Shown one piece after another: positions 22,184 to 32,950 of a stretch of 64,000 nt of DNA. Each line of letters begins with the position of its first letter. The stretch's first letter is position 1. A model generated the notes under the pieces. That model was not told the origin of the DNA and searched no databases. It saw nothing but the letters and a program-made list of their open reading frames with translations. A program made the position numbers and the translations under genes. The stretch spans positions 704,001 to 768,000 of the forward strand of contig CAVPPB010000003.1 in assembly GCA_963707215.1 (NCBI GenBank), in the 5' to 3' direction. This stretch comes from an uncultured Chloroflexia bacterium (GTDB lineage Bacteria; Chloroflexota; Limnocylindria; Limnocylindrales; CSP1-4).

Positions 22184-23082
22184 GCGAAGCCACGAGCACA
22201 CCGCCCCGTCCCGGCCGCCGGACCACCGTCGCCGACATCGCGCGGCTCCACGCCGACGGCGTGCCGATCGCGATGGCGACGGCCTACGACCACCCGACCG
22301 CCCAGCTCCTCGACGAGGCCGGGCTGCCGATGCTCCTCGTCGGCGACTCCCTGGGCCAGGTCGTCCTCGGCTACGAGACGACCGTCCGGGTCACGATGGC
22401 CGAGATGCTCCATCACACCCGGGCCGTCGTCCGGGGCACCCAGCGGGCCCTCGTCATCGCCGACATGCCCTTCCTCTCGTACGCCAGCGTGGCCGACGCG
22501 CTGACGAACGCCGGGGCCTTCCTCCGCGACGCGGGGGCCGGCGCGGTCAAGGTGGAGGGCGGGATCCGGACGGCCCCGGTGGTCCGCGAGCTCGTCGCCG
22601 CCGGCATCCCGGTCATGGGTCATGTCGGCCTCACCCCGCAATCGATCCACGCCCTTGGCGGGGTCCGGATCCAGGGCAGGACGGCCGCCGCCGCCCGGGC
22701 CGTCATCGAGGACGCCGACGCGATCGCCGCGGCCGGAGCCTTCGCCATCGTCCTGGAGCTCCTGCCCGACCAGCTGGCCGCCGCCATCACCGAGCGCCTC
22801 GCCGTCCCGACGATCGGCATCGGGTCCGGCCCCCGCTGCTCCGGCCAGGTCCAGGTCGTGACCGACCTCCTGGGGAGCGGCGACTTCGTGCCCCGCCATG
22901 CGCGACCATACCTGCGCCTCCGGGAGGCGATGCGCGAGGCCTTCGCCGCCTACGCGGCGGACGTCGCGGCCGGGTCGTTCCCCGGGCCGGACCAGACGGT
23001 CCGGATGGAAGACGAGGCCCTGGCCGAGGCGCTGGACGGGCTGGCGTCATCCGACCAGCCGGACGCTTCGGACAGGGCCTGA
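22180..23082 (+). CDS. panB: 3-methyl-2-oxobutanoate hydroxymethyltransferase
   Basis: TAYD, LLVGDSLG, ADMPFLSY, VKVEGG, GHVGLTPQS, TIGIGSG. Confidence 0.97.
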   Translation: MSEATSTPPRPGRRTTVADIARLHADGVPIAMATAYDHPTAQLLDEAGLPMLLVGDSLGQVVLGYETTVRVTMAEMLHHTRAVVRGTQRALVIADMPFLSYASVADALTNAGAFLRDAGAGAVKVEGGIRTAPVVRELVAAGIPVMGHVGLTPQSIHALGGVRIQGRTAAAARAVIEDADAIAAAGAFAIVLELLPDQLAAAITERLAVPTIGIGSGPRCSGQVQVVTDLLGSGDFVPRHARPYLRLREAMREAFAAYAADVAAGSFPGPDQTVRMEDEALAEALDGLASSDQPDASDRA

Positions 23083-23085
23083 CCG

Positions 23086-23919
23086 ATGGAGGTCGTCCGG
23101 ACGCGGGCGGCCCTGCGCGCTGCCCTGGCGGACGCCGCCCGACCCATCGGGCTGGTCCCGACGATGGGCTGGCTCCACGAGGGGCACCGTGCGCTGATGC
23201 GCCGGGCCCGGGACGAGAGCGCGACGACCGTCGTGTCGATCTTCGTCAACCCCCGCCAGTTCGAGGACCCGTCGGACCTGGAGCGGTACCCCAGGAACGA
23301 GGGCCGCGACCTGGGCATGTGCGCGGCGGAGGCGGTCGACCTGGTCTTCGTCCCGCCGGTCGAGGAGGTCTACCCGCCCGGCTTCGACACCCGGGTCCGG
23401 GTCGGAGCGATCGCGCGTCCGCTGGAGGGAGCCGCCAGGCCGGGCCACTTCGAGGGGGTCACGACGGTGGTCGCGGTGCTCTTCGGCCTGGTCCGTGCCG
23501 AGCGCGCCTACTTCGGCCAGAAGGACGCCCAGCAGCTGCTCGTCATCCGGCGGATGGCGGCCGACCTGGCGATCGGGACCGAGGTGGTGGCCTGCCCGAC
23601 CGTTCGTGAGCCGGACGGCCTCGCCCTCTCGTCGCGGAACGATCGACTGGGGGACGCGGAGCGGGCCGCCGCGCCGATCCTCCACCGAGCCCTCGTGGCC
23701 GGGCGCGAGGCCTGGCTCGCCGGCGAGCGGTCGGCCGACGCGATCCGTGCCCGGATGACCCAGGTCCTCGCCGCCGAGCCGCTGGCCCGGACCGACTACG
23801 TCAGCGTGGCGGACCCGGAGACGCTCCTCGAGCTCGAGACGATCGAGCTGGGGGCACTCCTCTCGCTGGCCGTCGAGCTCGGCGGGGTCCGCCTCATCGA
23901 CAACGAGCTGGTCGGCTAG
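23086..23919 (+). CDS. panC: Pantoate--beta-alanine ligase
   Basis: VPTMGWLHEGH, SIFVNPRQF, RPGHFEGV, FGQKDAQQ, DGLALSSRN, RLIDN. Confidence 0.97.
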   Translation: MEVVRTRAALRAALADAARPIGLVPTMGWLHEGHRALMRRARDESATTVVSIFVNPRQFEDPSDLERYPRNEGRDLGMCAAEAVDLVFVPPVEEVYPPGFDTRVRVGAIARPLEGAARPGHFEGVTTVVAVLFGLVRAERAYFGQKDAQQLLVIRRMAADLAIGTEVVACPTVREPDGLALSSRNDRLGDAERAAAPILHRALVAGREAWLAGERSADAIRARMTQVLAAEPLARTDYVSVADPETLLELETIELGALLSLAVELGGVRLIDNELVG

Positions 23920-23934
23920 GGGCGGCTCGCGGCC

Positions 23935-25117
23935 TCAGCCCTCGTCCGTCGCGGCGACCTCGAGGACCCGGTCGATGACGAGATGCTCCCAGAGGAGCGC
24001 CTTGATCTCCTCGATCTTGTCGCGGTCGGAGGGGTTGGTCTTCACCAGCAGGTCGTGGATGCCCGACGCCACGACGTAGGTGTCGTCGGGCACCAGGACG
24101 GCGAACAGGTCGGCGCTGCGGATCGCGTCGATCGTGCCCGGGCGGGGACGGTAGCCGCCGGTCAGGACCAGCCCGAGGCCGCCCCGGCGTGGCGGGCCGC
24201 GAGGGCCGGCCCCGGCATCGGTGCCGCGCGACGCCAGGAGCATCGCCTCGGCGGTCCCGCCGCGTGGTGGGCCCATGAGGTGGGCCGTGGCGATGGCCCG
24301 GATGACGTCCTCCCGGTCGCCCGGGACGATGACCAGGGTGCCCGGCTCGACCCGCTGGAGCATGTGCTCGGGCTCCATCGCGCCGACCGCGATCGAGCCG
24401 ATCGCCTGGTCGAGGTCGCGTCCCGGGTGGAGCAGTTCACCACCGATCCCGTCAAGGAGCATCGCCAGGCTGGGGTTGGAGAGGATGGGCCGGTACGGCA
24501 GGACTCCGAGGAGCGGGATCCCGTGCTGGGCGAGGCCCCGCTCGAGCGTCCGTCCGATCCCCGGCCTGGCATCGAGGTCGACCTTGTTGACGATGGCCCC
24601 CGCGACCTTGACGCCGTGGCGCTCGAACAGCGCCGCATTGAGGACGATCTCGTCGATCGGCCGGCCCGACCCCGCCCTCGCTCACGATGACCGTCGGAGC
24701 CCCGAGGAGCCCCGCGACCACGGCGTTCGACAGACCGATCACGGCGCCCACCCCGGCATGGCCGGTCCCCTCGATGAGCAGGATGTCGCGCTCCGTCGCG
24801 AATGCGGCATGGGCATCGCGGATCAGCGCAGGAAGGTCCTCGACGACACGCCCCTCGATGTAGGCCCGGGTGAAGCCGCGCGGGATGTGGACCGGGCTCA
24901 TCCGCTCGAGCGGGTCCTGCAGGTCGAAGACGCTCCGCATCAGGATGGCGTCCTCGTCGGCCGGGACGCCATCGACCTCGATGGTCCGCTGGCCGACCGG
25001 CTTCATGAAGGCGGCATCCAGCCCGCGCCGCCGGAAGCCGTCGAGCACCCCCAGGCTGACCGTCGTCTTGCCCCGGTTCTGGCCTGTCGCGGCGAGGTAC
25101 AGGTGACGCACGCCCAC
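23935..25117 (-). pseudogene. Phosphotransacetylase N-terminal-like (BioD-like P-loop + DRTGG) protein, frameshifted near 24665 (probably sequencing error)
   Basis: ATGQNRGKTT, FMKPVGQ, IEGTGH in the first frame; VIVPGDREDV and LVLTGG in the second. Removing one base in GGGCCGGCCG restores GGVGRPIDEI. Confidence 0.85.
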
Positions 25118-25118
25118 C

Positions 25119-25724
25119 TCAGTCGCGGGGCGTGGTCCGGCGCTCGATCAGCTGGACCCCGTCGCGAAGTCGGGTCAGCGTCTCGTCGTCCACCGTGTCC
25201 GGTTCGAGGTAGGGCCCGAGACGCTCCATGATGTCGGCGACGAGGGCGAGGTAGACACCGGCGTCGGCCACGAAGAACTGGGGCTCGTTGTTGTAGCGAA
25301 CGAGCGTCAGCCTGCCCTGGAGCACCCGGCGGTCCTCGACGTGCGAGACCTGGGTCGCGAAGCTGTGGCCCTGGATGCCGTCAGGGTTGTTCAGGAAGTT
25401 CAGGGCGTTGTCGATCGCCAGCCCGAAGCGGGCCCGCCAGGCCACCAGGCGCTCGTGGATCTCGGGGGCGATGCGGACCTCCTCGACCTCGTCGAAGACC
25501 TCCGGGGCCACCGTCAGGAGGCCGACGAGGGTCGTCCCGGCCCGGGGCCCGAGCATGACCTGCAGCGAGCGCTCCAGGGTGAAGACCTCGGAGTCGAAAC
25601 GCGGGCTGGTGATGACGTCGGTCAGGAGATCCTCGACGTTGTCGAGGCTGCCCGGTTCGGCGAGTGAGTTGGCCAGGTGGAGGATCTCCTCCTTGAACAG
25701 GAACTTCTCTTCGTGGTCGAGCAT
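25119..25724 (-). CDS. Hypothetical protein
   Basis: Coding-like ORF MLDHEEKFLFKEEIL... abutting the next gene. No recognised motif. Confidence 0.75.
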   Translation of the reverse strand: MLDHEEKFLFKEEILHLANSLAEPGSLDNVEDLLTDVITSPRFDSEVFTLERSLQVMLGPRAGTTLVGLLTVAPEVFDEVEEVRIAPEIHERLVAWRARFGLAIDNALNFLNNPDGIQGHSFATQVSHVEDRRVLQGRLTLVRYNNEPQFFVADAGVYLALVADIMERLGPYLEPDTVDDETLTRLRDGVQLIERRTTPRD

Positions 25725-25794
25725 GGCGCGAACTGTAGCACGCCGGGCCCCGGCCGAACGGCCGGGGCCCGGTGCGCGGCTCGGGTCGCTGGGT

Positions 25795-27060
25795 CTACGG
25801 GTAGAGGCCGCGGATGGCGGTCGCGTCGGCGACGCGCTGGACGGCCAGCAGGTAGGCCGCCGTCCGCATGTCGACGCTCTCCCGGTCGGCGGCATCGACG
25901 ACCTCGCGGAAGGCCCGGATCATGATCGTGTGGAGCTTGTCGTTGACCTCGCCCTCGGTCCACTGGTCGCGGTTGAGATCCTGGACCCACTCGAAGTAGC
26001 TGACCGTGACGCCTCCGGCGTTGCAGAGGATGTCCGGGATCATGAAGACGCCCTTCTCGTAGAGGATCCGGTCGGCTTCGGGGTGGTCGGACCGTTGGCG
26101 GCCTCGGCGACGATCCTCGCCTTGATCCGCTCGGCGTTGGCGCCGGTGATCTGGTTCTCGAGGGCGGCCGGGATGAGGATGTCGCACTCGGTCTCGAGGA
26201 CCTCGGCGTTGCTGACGTCGGTCGAGCCGGGGAAGCCCTGGACGGTCCCGTGCTCGCGCTTCCAGGCGATGACCCGGTCGATGTCGAGCCCATTCGGATC
26301 GTTGATCCCGCCGGTCGAGTCGGATACGGCGACGATGCGGGAGCCCTCGGCCTGCATGAGCCGAGCGGCGATCGAGCCGGCGTTGCCGAAGCCCTGGACC
26401 GCGACGGTCGCGGTCGTCAGGTCGAGCCCCAGTTTGGCCGCGGCCTCGACGATGGTGAAGACGCAGCCCCGGGCGGTGGCTTCGTTGCGCCCCTCGGACC
26501 CACCGAGGCTGATCGGCTTGCCGGTGACCACGCCGGGGACCGTGTAGCCGACGTGCATCGAGTAGGTGTCCATGATCCAGGCCATGACCTGGGAGTTGGT
26601 GTTGACGTCGGGGGCCGGGATGTCGCGCTCGGGGCCGATCAGGACCTCGATCTCGGTCGCGAAGCGGCGGGTGAGATCCTCGAGCTCCTTCGTCGAGAGC
26701 TTCTTCGGGTCGACGATGACACCGCCCTTGCCGCCACCGAAGGGGATGCCGACGACGGCGCACTTCCAGGTCATCCACATGGCGAGGGCCTTGACCTCGT
26801 CGAGGGTGACGTCCTGGTGGTAGCGCAGTCCCGCCCTTGGCGGGCCCGCGGCCGAGGTTGTGCTGGACCCGGTAGCCCGTGAAGACCTGCACGCTCCCGT
26901 CGTCCATGTGGACCGGGAAGTGGACGGTCAGCTCGCGGCGGGGCTCCCGCAGGACACGACGGAGACCGGGATCCAGCCCGAGGTGATCGGCGGCCAGGTC
27001 GAACTGCTGCTGCGCGACCGCCCATGCGTTGATCGCGGGCGCGGCATGCTCAGTGGTCAT
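25795..27060 (-). pseudogene. gdhA: Glu/Leu/Phe/Val (glutamate) dehydrogenase with two compensating frameshifts (~26830 and ~26082; probably sequencing errors)
   Basis: [72 protein letters not shown]. The central part lies in a different frame (26040-26780 ORF). Confidence 0.9.
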
Positions 27061-27293
27061 CGAGGACGGTTCCTCCTGGTCCGGGCACGCCCGACGCGGG
27101 TACGACCCGGGTGCTGGGTCGTCTCCCGGACGACCCCACGGCGATGCGGGTCGCCGCCGGGGTCCGGTCGCGCGTGGCCGCATCTCACGAAGCGCCCGGA
27201 GTATCGCACAAGGTTGCGGTTCGGTTGCGGGCCGACCCGCCCCCCTCGGAGGGGCCGGTCGCCATGGAGTCGGCCCCCGAGGCTGGGCCCCGC

Positions 27294-28145
27294 CTAGGTC
27301 CGCGTCAGGATCACCGCGCCGAGACAGCCGGGCCCGAGGTGCGGACCCACCGACGGACCGATGAGCTCGATCGACGTGTCGCCCGACGCGACGCCGCCCG
27401 GGATCCGTGCCACCAGGTCGCTGCGGAACGCCGCTGGGTCCGCGCCAGGCGAATACAGGATCGCCAGGCCCTCGACCGGTACCTGGGACAGCAGCTCGAG
27501 GACCCGCTCGCGGGCCTTGCCCCGGGTCCGAACCCGATCGGCCGTCTCGACCTTGCCCTCGCGGACCGTGATGATCGGCTTCATCGAGAGGATCCCGCCG
27601 ATCGCAGCCTGGGCGGAGCTGATGCGCCCGCCCTTCTTGAGGTACTCGAGCGTGTCGAGGGCGACGTAGAGGTCGATGTCGGGGACCCGGGCCTGGACGA
27701 CCTTGGCCACCTCGCCCGCCGGGTGTCCCTCGGCGGCAAGCCGGGCGGCCAGGAGGACGAGAAGGCCGACCCCCATCGAGGCCGTTCGCGAGTCGACGAT
27801 GTGGATCTCCCGCTCGGGGAACATCTCGGCGGCGATGGAGACACTCTTGATCGTGCCCGACAGCTCGCTCCCGACGTGGACCGAGACGATCGCGTCGGCG
27901 CCGTCGTCGAAGCAGCGCTGGTAGGCCTGCTGGAAGTCGCCCGGGCTGGCGGCGGCGGTGGTCGGGAACGGGGCATCCGGGGCGACCATCCGCTCCCAGA
28001 AGGCATCGGTGGTCAGCTCCGTGCCGGCCTTGAAGCTCTCGGACCCGAAGCTGACGATCAGGGGGACGACGACGACGCCGGCGGCGACCGCCACCTCGGG
28101 CGGCAGATCGGCGGCGGAATCGGTGACGACGGCGACACGACCCAC
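27294..28145 (-). CDS. DegV family fatty-acid-binding protein
   Basis: [47 protein letters not shown] start after GAGGAGG. Confidence 0.95.
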   Translation of the reverse strand: MGRVAVVTDSAADLPPEVAVAAGVVVVPLIVSFGSESFKAGTELTTDAFWERMVAPDAPFPTTAAASPGDFQQAYQRCFDDGADAIVSVHVGSELSGTIKSVSIAAEMFPEREIHIVDSRTASMGVGLLVLLAARLAAEGHPAGEVAKVVQARVPDIDLYVALDTLEYLKKGGRISSAQAAIGGILSMKPIITVREGKVETADRVRTRGKARERVLELLSQVPVEGLAILYSPGADPAAFRSDLVARIPGGVASGDTSIELIGPSVGPHLGPGCLGAVILTRT

Positions 28146-28228
28146 GGTGTTCCCTCCTCGCTGGCGCGGATGATAGCCGCCGGCGGCGGCGGCGGGGCGG
28201 CATTCCGGGCGGTTCGTGGGCGGTGGGC

Positions 28229-29527
28229 TCAGTCCTCCGAGGCCACGACCGGTCGCCCGGTGTCGACCAGGTGCTCGAAGGTCCGCAGGCGCGCCAGCGG
28301 CAGAAGGGCGAGGGCCATGAGGAGGAGGGTCGCCACGAGCATCCCGTCGATGCCCCGCAGGTCGGCCGCCGCGCCGCCGACGAGGCTCCCGGCGATCTGA
28401 CCGAGGGCCAGGAAGACCGAGTAGAGGCCCATGATGGCGCCCCGATCGGTCGGGAATGCCTCGCTGATGTCGGCCAGCAGCCCGAGCGCCGCCGGTGTGG
28501 CGCCCGCCAGGACGAACAGGCCGGCTCCGGCGAGGACGGCGAAGCCGAGCTGGACGACCGTGGGCAGGTCCTCGCTGTGGTTGAGCAGGAGGCCTGCACC
28601 GACCAGCACGGCACCGCCGATGACACCGAGGAAGATGATGGTCGTCCGGCGGAAACGCCTGAACCGCTCGCCCCACCAGGCCAGGCCGGCGAAGAAGACG
28701 ACCAGGGCCACGGCGAAGCCGATGCTGACCTGGGCCGGACTGAAGCCGCCCATCAGGAGCTGATCGCGGAAGCCCGGTCGAGGCTCGCTCACCAGCTGGA
28801 AGATGGACTGGCTCGTCCAGACGCCGATGGCCGCGTTGAGGGCGATCCAGGTCGGTGCCAGCAGCCAGACGTGCGAGCTCCGGAGGATCTCCAGGTAGCG
28901 CCGAGGCCCTGGATGGACCACCTCGGTGGCCTCGACCTCCTCGGGCGGCTCGGTCACGCCGAAGCGGTAGATGAGGAACGACACGCCGTAGAGGACGGCG
29001 TTGAGCAGGAAGGCGTCGCGGCCCAGGCCGGGCAGCGGCCCGATGCCCTCGTAGAGGATCCCGGCGGCCACGAGCCCGCCGCCGAGACCGGCCAGCGTGG
29101 CGCCCTCGAAGCGGGCGGCCATCCGGCCCCGGAGCAGTTCGTTGCCGGCGGTGACGACCGCGATGAAGCCCAGGATCGAAGGGATCGAGGCGGCCGTCGA
29201 CGCGCCCTCCAGGAAGCGGGTGAAGCCGAGGAGGAAGAGGTCAGTGGTGGCCCAGGTCAGGATGACGGCGAAGGCCCCGAAGATGGGGCCGATCTGCATG
29301 ACCCGGTGATGGCCCCAACGGTCCGACAGGAGCCCGAAGGGCGGCGAGAGGAGCAGCTCGGCCGCGTAGAAGGTGGCCGCGAAGGCGCCGACGACGAACG
29401 GGTCGACCCGGGTGCCGCCGAAGGACGGAAGGTCGGCCAGGTAGAAGGCCAGGAGCGCGCCGGTCAGCCCGGTGCTGAAGCGCAGGCTGAACGTTCCCAG
29501 CAGGACGGCGTAGAGCGAACGGCTCAC
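28229..29527 (-). CDS. MFS transporter
   Basis: About 12 TM segments. MFS motif A variant [12 protein letters not shown]; [10 protein letters not shown]. Confidence 0.9.
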   Translation of the reverse strand: MSRSLYAVLLGTFSLRFSTGLTGALLAFYLADLPSFGGTRVDPFVVGAFAATFYAAELLLSPPFGLLSDRWGHHRVMQIGPIFGAFAVILTWATTDLFLLGFTRFLEGASTAASIPSILGFIAVVTAGNELLRGRMAARFEGATLAGLGGGLVAAGILYEGIGPLPGLGRDAFLLNAVLYGVSFLIYRFGVTEPPEEVEATEVVHPGPRRYLEILRSSHVWLLAPTWIALNAAIGVWTSQSIFQLVSEPRPGFRDQLLMGGFSPAQVSIGFAVALVVFFAGLAWWGERFRRFRRTTIIFLGVIGGAVLVGAGLLLNHSEDLPTVVQLGFAVLAGAGLFVLAGATPAALGLLADISEAFPTDRGAIMGLYSVFLALGQIAGSLVGGAAADLRGIDGMLVATLLLMALALLPLARLRTFEHLVDTGRPVVASED

Positions 29528-29629
29528 CCGCGTGAGGGTAGCGGGTCGGTCGCGCCCGAGCGGGTCGTTCCGGTGCGCCGGTGGGCCGGCGACCCTGCCG
29601 GCGCCGCCACCGGCCGCTAGCATCGACCC

Positions 29630-31303
29630 ATGAGCGAGGACGAACCGACGGCGCGACCCCTGGTCCCGCAGCCGCTCGCGCGAGGGTCGCGGCGAGCGGT
29701 CGTAGCACCTCATCACCTGGCCACCGGCGCGGGCCTGGGTGTCCTTGCCGCCGGGGGATCCGCGGTCGACGCGGCGATCGCCACCAACGCCGTCCTGGCC
29801 GTCGTGGCACCGAGCGGCTGCGGCCTCGGCGGTGACGCCTTCTGGCTCGTCTGGGACCCGCGCGAGGGCCGCCAGGTCGGCCTCAACGGATCCGGGCGGG
29901 CGGCCCGGGCGCTCTCGGCGGACGCCCTGCTCGCAACGGGCCTGGCACGGATACCCCACCGGGGCCCGCTGACGATCACCGTCCCCGGGGCGGTCCGCTC
30001 GTGGGGCGACGCCCACCGGCGCTGGGGTCGCCTCGACCGCGCCGCGATCCTGGGGCCGGCGATCGCGCTGGCCGAGGGCGGCTTCCCGGCCAGCGACGGC
30101 TTCAGCGGGGCCGTAGAGCGAGCGGCGCCATGGGTGGCGGCGGGGCTCGGGGCGGACAGCGGCTGGGCCGCCCTCTTCCGCCCGAACGGACGACCCTGGC
30201 GACCCGGCGAGATCGTCCGGATGCCGGCCCTCGCGGCGACGCTCCGTCGGATCGCGGATGCCGGTTTCGACGACCTCTACGACGGGGATCTTGCGGAGCG
30301 CCAGGCCAGCGGACTGGCGGCGGCCGGCTCGCCGCTGACCGTGGACGATCTGCGCTCCCACGCCTCGACCTGGGTCGACCCGATCGCCACGAGCTACCGG
30401 GGCACGACGGTCACGACCGTCCCTCCGAACAGCCAGGGGATCACGGCCCTCCAGGCCCTGGCCATCCTGGAGCGTTTCGAGCCGCCGCCGACCGACGCGT
30501 TCGGGCCGGCGGGCGTGGAGGGGGCCGAGTGGATCCACCTCGGCGTCGAGGCGGCCAAGCTGGCCATGGAAGATCGGGACGCCTTCGTAACGGATCCGGA
30601 GCGCATGACGCTCCCGGTCGACCGCCTCCTCGACCCCGACCGGATCGCCGCCATGGCCGCCCGGATCGATCGTCGCCGGGCCGGCCTCGCGCCGGCCGCG
30701 ACGAACCCCCGCGGCGGCGGCACGATCTGGCTCGGCGTGGTCGATGACCAGGGGATGTGCGTGAGCCTCATCGAGTCGAACTACAGCGGCTTCGGTTCTG
30801 GGGTCGCCGACCCGGCCACCGGCATCCACTACCAGAACCGGGGCAGCTACTTCAGCCTGGAGTCCGGCCACCCGAACCGGCTCGAGCCGGCCAAGCGGAC
30901 GCTCCACACCCTGATGCCGGGGATGCTCCTGCGCGAGGGTCGGCCGTGGGTCGTCGTCGGCTCGATGGGCGGCGACGCCCAGCCGCAGATCCACGCCCAG
31001 GTCGTCTCGAACCTCGTCGACGGGGCGGTCGACGTCGCGACGGCCGTCGGGGCACCCCGCTGGTTCGTCGAGCCGGCCGAGCACTTCGCCCCGCCGATCG
31101 AGGTGCGAGCGGAGCCGCGGTTCCCGGCAGGGGTCCTCGATCGCCTGGAGGACATGGGCCACCCGGTGACCCGGACCGACCCCTTCGATCCGTTGCTCGG
31201 GCACTGCCACGCGATCGAGCTGGTCGATGGCGGGCCGCTTGCGGGCGGCAGCCTGGCGGCCGCCACGGACCCCCGCAGCGAGGGCCTCCCGGCGGTCGGC
31301 TGA
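29630..31303 (+). CDS. ggt: Gamma-glutamyltransferase family protein
   Basis: GGSAVDAAIA, GLGGDAF, TVPGAV, PPNSQG, G-T(nucleophile)-IWLGVVD, QNRG, GSMGGDAQPQ, DPRSEG. Confidence 0.94.
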   Translation: MSEDEPTARPLVPQPLARGSRRAVVAPHHLATGAGLGVLAAGGSAVDAAIATNAVLAVVAPSGCGLGGDAFWLVWDPREGRQVGLNGSGRAARALSADALLATGLARIPHRGPLTITVPGAVRSWGDAHRRWGRLDRAAILGPAIALAEGGFPASDGFSGAVERAAPWVAAGLGADSGWAALFRPNGRPWRPGEIVRMPALAATLRRIADAGFDDLYDGDLAERQASGLAAAGSPLTVDDLRSHASTWVDPIATSYRGTTVTTVPPNSQGITALQALAILERFEPPPTDAFGPAGVEGAEWIHLGVEAAKLAMEDRDAFVTDPERMTLPVDRLLDPDRIAAMAARIDRRRAGLAPAATNPRGGGTIWLGVVDDQGMCVSLIESNYSGFGSGVADPATGIHYQNRGSYFSLESGHPNRLEPAKRTLHTLMPGMLLREGRPWVVVGSMGGDAQPQIHAQVVSNLVDGAVDVATAVGAPRWFVEPAEHFAPPIEVRAEPRFPAGVLDRLEDMGHPVTRTDPFDPLLGHCHAIELVDGGPLAGGSLAAATDPRSEGLPAVG

Positions 31304-31390
31304 GGACCACGGTCGCTATACTCGGGTCCCGCCGGTGACCGCCGCGCTCGCATGGGGTCACCGGCGTCGATCTCGCCCCCGGAGGGTCCC

Positions 31391-31663
31391 GTGACCTCGA
31401 ACGTCAGCCAGAGCTACCCGTACACCAGCGAGACCGAGGCCGAGCGGGCCGCACGGATCGCCGTCCTCGTCGCGGATCGCGAGGGCCTGGGAGACCGGAT
31501 CGCCGTCGAGACGACCCCGCTGGACAGGGCCGAGCGACGCTGGGTCTACAAGTGCCCGACGGCCGGCTGTGCGGGCCTCCTGCACGCCGCCGGGTACGCC
31601 CTCGATCACCACGCCGTCTTCGTGGTCTGCGACGGGACCTGCGCCAAGACGTTCCTCCGCTGA
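31391..31663 (+). CDS. Small Cys-rich (zinc-ribbon-like) hypothetical protein
   Basis: GGAGG RBS before GTG 31391; CPTAGC...H...CDGTC. Confidence 0.72.
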   Translation: MTSNVSQSYPYTSETEAERAARIAVLVADREGLGDRIAVETTPLDRAERRWVYKCPTAGCAGLLHAAGYALDHHAVFVVCDGTCAKTFLR

Positions 31664-31673
31664 GCGCACGGCC

Positions 31674-32621
31674 GTGACCGGCCCGGGCACCGATCGCGCC
31701 GTTCCGCCCTCCACCGCATCGGCTGCGCCCGCACCGGAAGACGGAACGGCCCTCGGCTCGCCCGGGGCTGCCGACCTGGCGAGCTCGCGGCGGACGCTGG
31801 TCCTCGACGGGATGGGCATCATCGTCACGGCCATCGGCTTCGGGGTGGTCTACGGCCTCTCCGCCCGGGAGGCCGGCCTGTCCATGGTCGAGACGATGGC
31901 CATGAGCGTCTTCGTCTTTGCCGGCGCCGCCCAGTTCGCCGCCGTCGGCTACCTGGTCCAGGGGCTGGGCTGGCCGGCCATCCTCCTGCTGACCGCCTTC
32001 CTCAACGCCCGACATCTCCTCTACTCCGCCGCCATGGTCCCCTGGCTCGGCGGCGTGTCCCGATCCCGCCGGGCGGTGATGGCCCACGTGCTCACCGACG
32101 AGGCCTTCGCGCTCTCGATCGCCCACTTCCGGCGGATCGGGCGAGTGGACCTGGGCGGCTACTGGTGGGCCGCCATCGTCGTCACCTTCATCCCCTGGAA
32201 CCTGGCAACGCTCGCCGGGGTCCTGCTGGGCGGTGCCATCGCGGACCCGAGCCAGCTCGGGATCGACGTCATCTTCCCGGCCGCCATGGCCGGGCTGGCC
32301 CTGGGTCTCGCGGTCGGGCGGCGCGAGATCGTCGCGGCCGGTGCCGGGGCCGTCATCGCGGTCGTCGCCTCGCTGGCCTGGGATCCGGCCGGCGGGATCA
32401 TCGTCGGCGGGATCGCCGGGCCGGCGGCCGCCATGGCCCTGCCGAGGAGCCGGACCGCCCCGATGAACCCGGTCCCGCTGGGTACCCGTGCCGTGACCGA
32501 TGCCATCGACGTCGAGTCCGCCGAGGAGGCCGGGCTGGCCGGTTCCGGGGAGGGCGTCGAGGCGTCGGCCGACGGCGGTGCGGACCTCCCTCCGGACCCG
32601 GAGATCGGGGTCACGCCGTGA
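31674..32621 (+). CDS. azlC: AzlC family branched-chain amino acid exporter permease
   Basis: MSVFVFAGAAQF, LNARHLLYS, LTDEAFA. Confidence 0.92.
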   Translation: MTGPGTDRAVPPSTASAAPAPEDGTALGSPGAADLASSRRTLVLDGMGIIVTAIGFGVVYGLSAREAGLSMVETMAMSVFVFAGAAQFAAVGYLVQGLGWPAILLLTAFLNARHLLYSAAMVPWLGGVSRSRRAVMAHVLTDEAFALSIAHFRRIGRVDLGGYWWAAIVVTFIPWNLATLAGVLLGGAIADPSQLGIDVIFPAAMAGLALGLAVGRREIVAAGAGAVIAVVASLAWDPAGGIIVGGIAGPAAAMALPRSRTAPMNPVPLGTRAVTDAIDVESAEEAGLAGSGEGVEASADGGADLPPDPEIGVTP

Positions 32622-32950
32622 GCCCCGACCTTGTCCTGCTGGCCCTGCTCATGGGTGCGGTGACCTACCCGTCGCGGGCCCTGCCGATGCTGGCGCCCGG
32701 TGTCGAGCGACTCCCGCCGCGGGTCCTCGAATACCTCCGCCTCGTGGGCCCCGCGGTCCTGGCGGCCCTCGCCGCGACCAGCACGATGATCGCCGTCGAC
32801 GCCGATCGGCAGGCGTCGCTCCACGTCGGCATCGAGTGGCTTGCGGTGCTGGCCTGCCTGGCCGTCGTCCGCTGGCGGGGCAACCTCTTCCTGGGTCTCG
32901 CGGTCGCGGTCGCCATCGCGGTGGCGGCGAGAGCGACGGGCCTGGCCTAG
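32618..32950 (+). CDS. azlD: AzlD domain-containing protein
   Basis: MGAVTYPSRALP...LRLVGPAVLAAL; overlaps the azlC stop (GTGA). Confidence 0.88.
   Translation: MSPDLVLLALLMGAVTYPSRALPMLAPGVERLPPRVLEYLRLVGPAVLAALAATSTMIAVDADRQASLHVGIEWLAVLACLAVVRWRGNLFLGLAVAVAIAVAARATGLA

Noticed and set aside
25795-28626. 943-aa ORF suggesting a large gdh fusion
   Set aside because: It is an artefact of two compensating frameshifts plus an off-frame read through degV.
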